64,000 nucleotides of DNA. Origin: a virus. Below, one piece after another: positions 53,057 through 60,988 of the stretch (position 1 is the first letter of the stretch; each line of letters begins with the position of its first letter). The stretch lies in the IMG/VR virus record IMGVR_UViG_3300029711_000003, positions 36,538 through 100,537 of that record. One strand, 5' to 3'. The notes beneath the pieces are model-generated. The model saw only the letters and a program-made list of their open reading frames with translations, searched no databases and was not told the origin of the DNA. The position numbers and the translations under genes are program-made.

Positions 53057-55840
53057 ATGTTTGATTTAGATACAATAGAACAAAAAGATAAGAAGCTGGT
53101 AAGCATTCTTCAGTCGCCAACTCATCAATTGGAATGTCTTTCAATAGTTGACGAGATAATTGATAGCATGGATGACAAAGGCATACTTGAACTAATGTCT
53201 GGTTCGGACGGAGATTTGGACTATATTTTAGATTGTATGTTGAAGGATACATTCCAAGTAATGTACACTGGCAATCCTCATATTGATTTTGCTCCGAGAT
53301 ATACTGATAGGTTATCTCAAGCAGTAGAAGAAATATTGAGGTGCAAGAATTTGACATACTTCATTACTTCGGTAATGCCCGATTTTCAGTTGTCTTGGCA
53401 TCATTTGGAATGGGGAGATTTGGTTCACCGATATAAAAAGTTGTGCATAGAAGCTGCCCGTGACCACGGCAAGTGCGAAGCAGTTGGAACAAAGGTAAGA
53501 ATGTATGACGGCTCCATTAAGAAAGTTGAAGATTTGATAATTGGAGATTTGCTAATGGGAGTTGATTCAAAGCCAAGAAAGATTATTCATCTTCATAGAG
53601 GCGTTGATGACAATATGTTTAGAATTGACCAAAGTAAAGGTGATAGTTATACAGTCAATTCTAAACATATTTGTACCGTCATTAAAATAGGTAAGAGAGG
53701 AAAGAATTTGACAGAACACGAAAAGAATATTGTTGATATTGACATTCCAACTCTTTTATCTTATTCAAAGAACTTTCTTTCAGAACGCATACGTGGTTTT
53801 AAGGTCGCTTGGGAAGCTCCTGAAAGAAAAGTATTGATTGAACCTTATTTCTTGGGGTATTGGTTAGGCGATGGAAATTCAAATAATCAAAAAATAACTA
53901 TTGAAGATGTAGAGGTTGTTCGGTATTTAGAAGAATATGCTGAAAGACTTGGTATGACAACTTCAAGAAAAGGATTGTTGTCTAACATTAGGAGAAAAAT
54001 AATATCTTGTAAAACCAAAAACAAGTTAAACATGTTTTTGAAAGCATATAACTTGATATATAACAAACATATTCCTAATGTTTACATACATAATTCAAGA
54101 AAAGTTCGTTTGGAATTGTTAGCTGGACTTTTAGATTCAGATGGAGATTTATGGTGCAATGGTTATCATTTTGGCAATATAAATAAAAGATTGGTTGAGG
54201 ATGTAAAAAATCTTGCTGATAGTTTGGGTTTCAGAACTTATATGTCAGGCGGTAGAAAGTACCATAAACAACTGAAGAGAATGTATGATTGGTGGGGAGT
54301 TTCTATTTCAGGAAAGATTGATGAAATACCTGTAAAAATACCAAGAAAAAAGATTGAATATAATTGGGGAAATAAGGCTTCAAATAAAGATTGGGGAGTC
54401 ATAGATGGAATAGCACCAAGTGTCGTGTCTTCTATAAAAATAACAAATGTTGGTAAAGGAGAATATGTTTCAATTACCACTGATGGAGACCATAGATTTT
54501 TGCTTGCTGATGGTACAGTTACTCATAATTCTTACTATTTCTCCAATGCTTATGCCGCTTGGCAATTGTATAAGTATGCTAAGCCGAAGGGTACTCAATT
54601 TTCAGCAAGACCTACAAAGTCAAATTCAAACCGTGGATATTTGTTCAGTTTCTCTTTGCAACAATCCGTTGACCTTATGGAGATATTGAAAAACACGATT
54701 GAAAGTAATGATATATTGAAAGAACGTCTGTACCCTGATTCCAAAGATAAGAGCGGAGCGTGGGCAAGTACGAATATAGTATGTAAGAACGGAGCGAGAT
54801 TGACGTGTAAGGGATTTGGGTCATCAGTACGTGGTGCTCACCCATATTGGATAGTAGTAGATGATGGATTGAAAGATAACGTCATCTACAGTCAATTACA
54901 GAGGCAGAAAAGCATTGATTATTTCCATTCGGTAATTATGAACATGCTTGTACCAGGTGGTCAAATAATTGTAGTTGGCACTCCTTTCCATGCTTCAGAC
55001 TTATACGGAGATTTGAAAAGCAAAAGCATACATGCTACTGGTAATAAGAAAGGATGGTTTGTAATTGAATATCCTGCTATCTTTCCTGACGGTCGCATTC
55101 TTTGGCCACAACGTTGGAGTTTCTTTGACCTTATGGACAAGAAAGCTACGCAAGGAAACATCATTTTCAGTAGGGAAAATCTTTGTCGTCCAATCACCAA
55201 TGAAAGTTCTATCTTTCCGCTCAAGGTTTTGGAGCGTTCTTTGGTACGTATGGAGAATTATGTTCTTGTTCGCAATAGGGATGACTTTCCGATTAAGTTC
55301 AACAAAGTTGTCGTTGGATGTGACTTTGCTATTTCTGCAAATGTTGGTACAGACTACACTGTGTTTACGGTTTGGGGAGTTGACGATGAAACTGGAGAGC
55401 GTTGGTTGTTGCATTTCTATCGGGATAAAGGAAAGACGTTTCACGAGCAGATGCAAGTATTGAAAGGCATAAATGTGAGATTCAGACCTGATACAATGAT
55501 TTTGGAACAAAACACGTTCCAACAGATATTCGTACAAGAAAGTGATAAACAGGGGCTGCCAGTTATAGGACATACCACTGGTATAGATAAGTATGATTTG
55601 AAGACAGGCTGGCCTGGACTTGCCATAGATTTTGAACGTGGCAAAATACATATACCGATTGGAGATAAGTATTCACAAGACGTGAAAGACCTTATTTTCT
55701 CAGACCTTGGTTCGGTAGCATTTACCGATAAGGGATTGGAGAGCGTAGGAGAACACGATGATATCAGTTCTTCTTTCTGGCTTGCTAAGTTAGGAGCTAA
55801 CTTGATTACCACAGGATTCAAGTACACTTTCCTGGGTTAA
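53057..55840 (+). CDS. terL: terminase large subunit, interrupted by an intein
   Basis: 927 aa. SD AGGAGG at 53048-53053. Walker A is split as AARDHGK|intein|S. Walker B WIVVDDGL. Coupling motif VVGTPFH. Nuclease Asp motifs VVGCDFAIS and EHDDISSSFWLA. Confidence 0.85.
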   Translation: MFDLDTIEQKDKKLVSILQSPTHQLECLSIVDEIIDSMDDKGILELMSGSDGDLDYILDCMLKDTFQVMYTGNPHIDFAPRYTDRLSQAVEEILRCKNLTYFITSVMPDFQLSWHHLEWGDLVHRYKKLCIEAARDHGKCEAVGTKVRMYDGSIKKVEDLIIGDLLMGVDSKPRKIIHLHRGVDDNMFRIDQSKGDSYTVNSKHICTVIKIGKRGKNLTEHEKNIVDIDIPTLLSYSKNFLSERIRGFKVAWEAPERKVLIEPYFLGYWLGDGNSNNQKITIEDVEVVRYLEEYAERLGMTTSRKGLLSNIRRKIISCKTKNKLNMFLKAYNLIYNKHIPNVYIHNSRKVRLELLAGLLDSDGDLWCNGYHFGNINKRLVEDVKNLADSLGFRTYMSGGRKYHKQLKRMYDWWGVSISGKIDEIPVKIPRKKIEYNWGNKASNKDWGVIDGIAPSVVSSIKITNVGKGEYVSITTDGDHRFLLADGTVTHNSYYFSNAYAAWQLYKYAKPKGTQFSARPTKSNSNRGYLFSFSLQQSVDLMEILKNTIESNDILKERLYPDSKDKSGAWASTNIVCKNGARLTCKGFGSSVRGAHPYWIVVDDGLKDNVIYSQLQRQKSIDYFHSVIMNMLVPGGQIIVVGTPFHASDLYGDLKSKSIHATGNKKGWFVIEYPAIFPDGRILWPQRWSFFDLMDKKATQGNIIFSRENLCRPITNESSIFPLKVLERSLVRMENYVLVRNRDDFPIKFNKVVVGCDFAISANVGTDYTVFTVWGVDDETGERWLLHFYRDKGKTFHEQMQVLKGINVRFRPDTMILEQNTFQQIFVQESDKQGLPVIGHTTGIDKYDLKTGWPGLAIDFERGKIHIPIGDKYSQDVKDLIFSDLGSVAFTDKGLESVGEHDDISSSFWLAKLGANLITTGFKYTFLG
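53474..54529 (+). mobile_element. intein with LAGLIDADG homing-endonuclease domain (352 aa) in the TerL P-loop
   Basis: Begins CEAVGTKVRMYDGSIKKVEDLIIGD (block A Cys1). LAGLIDADG motifs LGYWLGDGNS and LLAGLLDSDGD. Ends GTVTHN, followed by the +1 Ser (SYYFS). Confidence 0.85.
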
Positions 55841-55881
55841 GACAGAGTTAAGTTAAAAGTAACATAAATTCATTTTAACGT

Positions 55882-56331
55882 ATGAAAAAAAGACAAGTAA
55901 ACATTATCCTGAAAGGATATGGAAAATTGCCCGTATATGCTACGGAGCATTCAGCAGGAGCAGACTTGTATTCTGCTAATGCTGTTAACATTATCATTTA
56001 TCCCAATGAGCGCAAACTCATTCCTACTGGCGTTTATATAGAATTGCCTGAAGATGCTGAAGGATGTATAAGACCGAGAAGCGGATTGAGTTTGAAAAAA
56101 GGACTTGTAGCAATAATTGGAACAATTGATGCTGATTATCAAGGAGAAGTTGGTATCATTCTACATAACACAAGCGATACGACTTGGACTATTGAACGTG
56201 GAGAACGTCTTGCTCAGATAGTATTTAATGGCGATGGCGGTCTGTTCCAAGCAGAATGGAATAGAGTTTCAGAATTCACCCGAAGTAGCGAGAGAGCTGA
56301 TGGTGGTTTTGGTCACACAGGAGTAAAGTGA
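55882..56331 (+). CDS. dut: dUTP diphosphatase (trimeric dUTPase)
   Basis: 149 aa. SAGADLYS, RPRSGLSLKKG, GTIDADYQGEV, and the C-terminal RADGGFGHTG motif. Confidence 0.9.
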   Translation: MKKRQVNIILKGYGKLPVYATEHSAGADLYSANAVNIIIYPNERKLIPTGVYIELPEDAEGCIRPRSGLSLKKGLVAIIGTIDADYQGEVGIILHNTSDTTWTIERGERLAQIVFNGDGGLFQAEWNRVSEFTRSSERADGGFGHTGVK

Positions 56332-56332
56332 T

Positions 56333-56896
56333 ATGAAAAGTTTTGCACTTAAAAAGCCTTTGACCAAAAATCAGGTAGATGATTTGACAGAAGCGTTGGT
56401 GAATACTATGCGCTATTCTGACCCAAATGTTGAATATCCGAGTTTTGACGAGGCTAAAAGTGATGATGGGGTAATAGCTGAATGGTTTTACCCCATTTTC
56501 AATGGTACAAATGATTTCTCCGAGCTTACTGCTATACATATGTACATTACTCAGGAAGCTACGTTTGAGGAAGTTGGAGAGTTGTTATTGGGCATTGCTA
56601 TGACTGAAATGAAACATTATGATAAGTTGGCTGATTTTATTCGTAAGATAGGAGGAAAGATTGACCAGCGTTTCAACAATTCAGGTGTAACAATAGGTAA
56701 GAATTCAGAAGAAGCTATCAAAATTGCTATCGGAGCAGAAGAGAAAACAATTGACTTCTATGAAAAATTACAAGAGAAGCTGATAAAACTTGATGAGACA
56801 CCTACTATCCGCATAGCATTACAATTACTTGCTAAGTTGATAGCTGATGAAGTGGTTCATTTGAAATTATTAAAAGAACGAATAAAGAAAGATTGA
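56333..56896 (+). CDS. ferritin-like di-metal four-helix-bundle protein (Mn-catalase/CotJC-like)
   Basis: 187 aa. IAMTEMKHYDKLADFIRKIGG (EMxH...LGG pattern). Second ExxH in ADEVVHLKLL. Confidence 0.5.
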   Translation: MKSFALKKPLTKNQVDDLTEALVNTMRYSDPNVEYPSFDEAKSDDGVIAEWFYPIFNGTNDFSELTAIHMYITQEATFEEVGELLLGIAMTEMKHYDKLADFIRKIGGKIDQRFNNSGVTIGKNSEEAIKIAIGAEEKTIDFYEKLQEKLIKLDETPTIRIALQLLAKLIADEVVHLKLLKERIKKD

Positions 56897-56898
56897 CA

Positions 56899-58821
56899 AT
56901 GAAAAAAGACGGTATTGATTTGTTAGCTGATTATGTATTTCTTTCAAAGTATTCTCAGCGAAATTCAGAAGGAAGGCTGGAGCATTGGCATGAAACAATT
57001 GAACGTATTTATGCGATGCACGAAGTTAAGTTGAACAAACTTGGACTTTGTAATATCGGTGTACAAGAAATGATACATAAGGCTATGGCGATGGAGAATG
57101 ATAAGAAAATTCTTTCATCGCAGCGTGGAAGACAATTTGCATCACCAGTAGAAACAAGCGGTATTTTGAAGCATGAAGCAAAACTTTACAATTGTTGTTC
57201 TACTTATATAGACCGTATCGAAGTATTCAGCGAAATAATGTATCTTTTGCTTTGCGGTTGCGGTGTCGGATATTCCTTGCATAAGGAGTATATTGATAAA
57301 CTGCCTGTGGTTAAGAAGCAAATTGGTGAATTTGTTACTTATAAAATAGAAGATAGCATTGAAGGTTGGGGTGATTCCATAAAATGGCTCATGGAAAATA
57401 TGTTTGAAGGCAGAGACACACGTATGGACTTCACCGCTATCCGTCCAGAGGGAGCTTTGATTGATGGAAAGTTTGTAGCACCTGGCCCTGAGCCTTTGAT
57501 AAAAGCTCATGAAAATATCAAGAAAGTAATGCTTGGAGCTCAAGGACGCAAGCTCACCAGTATTGAAATTCACGACATTATTTGTTTTATAGCTAATAGC
57601 GTTGTGAGCGGTGGTGTAAGACGTTCTGCTATGATTGCTTTATTTGATAAGGATGATGACTTGATGCTCCGAGCTAAGACAGGAAGCTGGTGGACAGAAA
57701 ATCCTCAAAGAGCTATGGCAAACAATTCTATTCTTACAAGTGACAAAGACCGTTTGTCATACAAAGAAATGAAAGAGAAGCTGCAAGTGATACGGCAATT
57801 CGGAGAGCCAGGAGTTGTAAATGCAGCTGATTATAGTTACACTGTCAATCCTTGCGGTGAAATAGTAATGAAACCGAGTATTGATGGTCGTACAGGTTTT
57901 GCTTTTTGTAATCTTGTTGAAATAAATGCAGAGAGAGTAAGGACAGAAAAGGAATTTTATGAAGCATGCGAGGTTGCTTCATTCGTTGCTACACTTCAAT
58001 CACTTTATACTGACTTCAAATATCTATCCGCTGCATCACGAGAGATAGCTGAGCGTGATAGAGCTATTGGAGTAAGCATTACAGGCATATATGCCAATCC
58101 TATTCTTCAGGGTGAAGTCCTTAAAGCAGGTGCTAAGATAGTGGCAGAAACAAACTCCAAATGGGCAGAAGCATTTGGAATAAATCGAAGTCGTACTTGC
58201 ACTACAATTAAACCGAGCGGAAATGCTTCATCAATTCTTGGCTTGTATTGCAGCGGCATTCATCCAGCTCATGCTATGAAGTATTTGCGCCGTGTGCGTA
58301 TTAAGACTTACAGTCCAGAGTTCATTGCTTTGAAGGACACTCCTATGGTTAAAGTACTGAGAGGCGATGAGGCTGTTATCAGCTTTCCTATCGAAGTTAA
58401 GAGCGGATGGATTGTTTGCAAGGATAGTGTATCAGCCGTTGAGCATTTGAAGTTCATTGGTATGGTTAAGCACTATTGGATTAACAAGGGTAGCATTGAG
58501 AAGAAAGCAATATCAAACAATATATCCGCTACAGTAGAAGTTCGTGATGATGAATGGGACGAAGTAGCAGCAGTATTGTTTACTAATGACTATTTGTTCA
58601 CTGGAGTAAGTTTGTTGCCTAAATTGGGTGACCAAATATACGACAATGCACCGTTCCAACGTTTATCTTCAAAAGAGGTTAAAAAAGAATTCAATGATAT
58701 CAAAAAGTATCTTGAAGACAATGAAGTAGATTTCAACGTTATTATGAGTAACCGAGATAACATTTATTCAGGCGATATGGTTGCCGTTGGATGTTCAGGA
58801 GGTTCATGTGAATTGAAATAA
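56899..58821 (+). CDS. nrdJ: ribonucleotide reductase, class II-like (adenosylcobalamin-type NrdJ)
   Basis: Start set to ATG 56899. TVNPCGEIVM...FCNLVEINA (NPCGE...CNL..IN, as in class II). C-terminal redox pair CSGGSCEL. No NrdB-type partner is adjacent. Confidence 0.65.
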   Translation: MKKDGIDLLADYVFLSKYSQRNSEGRLEHWHETIERIYAMHEVKLNKLGLCNIGVQEMIHKAMAMENDKKILSSQRGRQFASPVETSGILKHEAKLYNCCSTYIDRIEVFSEIMYLLLCGCGVGYSLHKEYIDKLPVVKKQIGEFVTYKIEDSIEGWGDSIKWLMENMFEGRDTRMDFTAIRPEGALIDGKFVAPGPEPLIKAHENIKKVMLGAQGRKLTSIEIHDIICFIANSVVSGGVRRSAMIALFDKDDDLMLRAKTGSWWTENPQRAMANNSILTSDKDRLSYKEMKEKLQVIRQFGEPGVVNAADYSYTVNPCGEIVMKPSIDGRTGFAFCNLVEINAERVRTEKEFYEACEVASFVATLQSLYTDFKYLSAASREIAERDRAIGVSITGIYANPILQGEVLKAGAKIVAETNSKWAEAFGINRSRTCTTIKPSGNASSILGLYCSGIHPAHAMKYLRRVRIKTYSPEFIALKDTPMVKVLRGDEAVISFPIEVKSGWIVCKDSVSAVEHLKFIGMVKHYWINKGSIEKKAISNNISATVEVRDDEWDEVAAVLFTNDYLFTGVSLLPKLGDQIYDNAPFQRLSSKEVKKEFNDIKKYLEDNEVDFNVIMSNRDNIYSGDMVAVGCSGGSCELK

Positions 58822-59117
58822 TGGAATCAGAAAAATTCATATTAAGTATTCTCAAGAAAATCGAAAGTTTGAAAGATGGCGTTATTGCTTATGCTTATAA
58901 AACAGGCAATGCTACGATGACGCATACTTGGTGGGAAGTCTCTGTCTCAGACTTCGACTTGTATATGAACGACAAGCGTTTCAAAAATCTGTCTAACGCA
59001 TGGCATAAAGCCACAATCGTCCATAATGTTTCGCTTGTGTTCGTATGCGGTTGGGTACCTACTGAGGAACGGCTTTCAAAACTTGCTGATGAGAATAATT
59101 TGATATTGAATATCTGA
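58821..59117 (+). CDS. hypothetical protein
   Basis: 98 aa. TAATG junction with the RNR gene. Confidence 0.5.
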   Translation: MESEKFILSILKKIESLKDGVIAYAYKTGNATMTHTWWEVSVSDFDLYMNDKRFKNLSNAWHKATIVHNVSLVFVCGWVPTEERLSKLADENNLILNI

Positions 59118-59142
59118 TTCCTTTTTTTTCTTATAAAATAGT

Positions 59143-59173
59143 AAAAATACGCTTTGCGGCGTATTTTTTTTTT
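59143..59173 (+). terminator. rho-independent terminator
   Basis: AAAAATACGC-TTTGCG-GCGTATTTTT, then an extended T-run. Confidence 0.75.
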
Positions 59174-59204
59174 GTCCAAATATGATATATGAAAAAATGA
59201 AGAT

Positions 59205-59477
59205 ATGAAAAATTTGTATGTTGATAAAAATTCAAGAGCAGTTCAATGTTCTATCATTGGATATGGCAAGAATTTTTCAGTTGGCGAAATTACTGATAGT
59301 GAAGTTCACGGATTCATAAGAGTGAAAAATATTGGAGAAGATATGGCGATATTCAGATATTCTAATTATAAGGATAGCGATGGAATTTATTTGTCGCCAG
59401 GTGAAACTGAATATTTCTTTGTTGATGATGACCATTCAATAGAAATAGTTCAAGGTACACTCAATATAATGTATTAA
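59205..59477 (+). CDS. hypothetical small beta-rich protein
   Basis: 90 aa. First gene of the Ig-like/BACON operon. Confidence 0.5.
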   Translation: MKNLYVDKNSRAVQCSIIGYGKNFSVGEITDSEVHGFIRVKNIGEDMAIFRYSNYKDSDGIYLSPGETEYFFVDDDHSIEIVQGTLNIMY

Positions 59478-59479
59478 TT

Positions 59480-59893
59480 ATGTTGTTTGGTTTTAGATTT
59501 GGCAAATTAGGCAATAAAAAAAATAATCTTTCTAATAAGCCTATTGTTTCATTTGATACTTCTACATTAATTATATTGGACCAAAATGGAAATTCTGTAG
59601 TTGGTGCAAAAGTAGAAGTATCAAATGGAGCGAGCGTTTTTATATCTTATACTGATGAAAACGGGAAAGCCGAAATAAAAGGTAAGTATGGAAATATTTA
59701 TACTTTAACAATTAGCGGAGAAAACATTGAAACAAAGGTAATATATGATTGGCAATTTCAAGAAAGTTACAACATTCAAGTAGAAACAAAGCTGTTTTTA
59801 GAAGTCAAGCCTGAATATATTTGGTTGACACGCGGCAATAATTATACCGATACAGTAGATGTTATGTCGAATGTAGATTGGTTTATTCAATAA
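59480..59893 (+). CDS. CarboxypepD_reg-like domain + N-terminal half of a BACON-type domain
   Basis: 137 aa. ILDQNGNSVVGAKVEVSNG...YTDENGKAEIKGKYGNIYTLTISGEN (prealbumin-like). Ends FLEVKPEYIWLTRGNNYTDTVDVMSNVDWFIQ*. Confidence 0.55.
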   Translation: MLFGFRFGKLGNKKNNLSNKPIVSFDTSTLIILDQNGNSVVGAKVEVSNGASVFISYTDENGKAEIKGKYGNIYTLTISGENIETKVIYDWQFQESYNIQVETKLFLEVKPEYIWLTRGNNYTDTVDVMSNVDWFIQ

Positions 59894-59912
59894 TCTTTTA
59901 ACATTTTTCATT

Positions 59913-60530
59913 ATGGCAACAAAACCATCATGGCTAACAACCAACCCTGCTACTGGCGGCAGCGGTAATGGAGCCATTCAAAACAGCGCCAGTGAACACA
60001 CAGGTCGTGTGGCAAGAACGGGAACGGTTACTGTAACCGCAACTGGGTTATCAACTCCTAAGACTTACAAAGTCACTCAAACTCCGAAGGCTGAATTTGT
60101 CAGCTTTGATAATGGAGCTGAAATGGCAGCTGGTAAGTCAGGCGGAGCGTTGACAATCCAAGGTAAGAGTAACTCAGCCAAACTTACTTTCTCTTGGGTA
60201 GGTGACGTTGACGATGTTGATATTCCAGAGTCATATCAAGCAAATGGCACTCCTACTAATAATGGAGATGCGATTGAAGGTGACCCTGGTGCTCAAAATG
60301 AGTATGCTTTCTCTATTCAATTGACGCTGCCTGAAAACGAAACGGTTGATGAAGTTGTAAGAACATTGCTTGTAACGGCAGACGGAGCTCAAACGGCTCA
60401 AATTGCTATCAAGCAGGCTGCTGGTGACCCGACGCTTGAAATTGAGCCTACTGAAATCACCATTCCGCAGGCTGGTACTCCTGCCGTATCTGTACAGGTT
60501 ACTTCTAACACAACTTGGACAATATCGTAA
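59913..60530 (+). CDS. BACON/Ig-like repeat protein (C-terminal half-domain + full domain + N-terminal half-domain)
   Basis: 205 aa. Starts PSWLTTNPATGGSGNGAIQ...RTGTVTVTATGLSTPKTYKVTQ. Ends LEIEPTEITIPQAGTPAVSVQVTSNTTWTIS*. Confidence 0.6.
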   Translation: MATKPSWLTTNPATGGSGNGAIQNSASEHTGRVARTGTVTVTATGLSTPKTYKVTQTPKAEFVSFDNGAEMAAGKSGGALTIQGKSNSAKLTFSWVGDVDDVDIPESYQANGTPTNNGDAIEGDPGAQNEYAFSIQLTLPENETVDEVVRTLLVTADGAQTAQIAIKQAAGDPTLEIEPTEITIPQAGTPAVSVQVTSNTTWTIS

Positions 60531-60539
60531 GGTAGATTC

Positions 60540-60854
60540 ATGGAAAAGACCATTGATTGGAAAGATGGGAATGGCGTCATAACCGTAACTTATAATGGTG
60601 ACGGTGCAGGCGTCATTTCCATTACAAGCACTCCTAACAATACTGGCGCTGGTAGAAGTCAAGAAATAACTATTGAGACAACCTATCCGTATGCTGTAAA
60701 GAAAACCTTATTGGTTTATCAGGAAGGCACTGGTTCAATCGATGGCGGCAATGCTTCAACCAATGAATTTGACAATACGATTGATTGTTCAACGGCAGAC
60801 AGTATGTTTGGAGAAGGAGATACCTTGTATGACGGTGGAGGGGCAAATTTATAG
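60540..60854 (+). CDS. C-terminal half of a BACON-type domain + DGG-motif tail
   Basis: 104 aa, in the same frame as the previous ORF (TAA + 3 codons between them). IDWKDGNGVITVTYNGDGAGVISITSTPNNTGAGRSQEITIETT..KKTLLVYQEG, then IDGGNAST...YDGGGANL. Confidence 0.55.
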   Translation: MEKTIDWKDGNGVITVTYNGDGAGVISITSTPNNTGAGRSQEITIETTYPYAVKKTLLVYQEGTGSIDGGNASTNEFDNTIDCSTADSMFGEGDTLYDGGGANL

Positions 60855-60988
60855 TTAAAATTTGCCCAAAATAGTTAAAAAGCGAAATTTCTACAAAGAT
60901 TTTTCGCTTTTTATTTTGCCGTTTGCGAGAAAAGTCGTACCTTCGCTTCAGAATTGTAAATAACATTGTAAATTAAATTGTAAAAATT
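60851..60988 (+). promoter_or_regulatory. class-1 terminator-promoter cassette, copy D
   Basis: AGTTAAAATTTGCCCAAAATAGTTAAAA box. AGCGAAA/TTTCGCT hairpin plus T-run. TTTG (60915-60918), 19-nt spacer, then TACCTTCG (60938-60945). ATTGTAAA at 60953, 60965 and 60977, with the ATG at 60989 (exact 12-nt register). Confidence 0.65.

Noticed and set aside
55001-55651. 216-aa minus-strand ORF, the longest antisense ORF, and neighbouring antisense or alternative-frame ORFs inside the terminase (54238-55827)
   Set aside because: They lie entirely within the motif-supported TerL coding frame and carry no recognisable motifs. AT-rich genomes routinely give long antisense ORFs.
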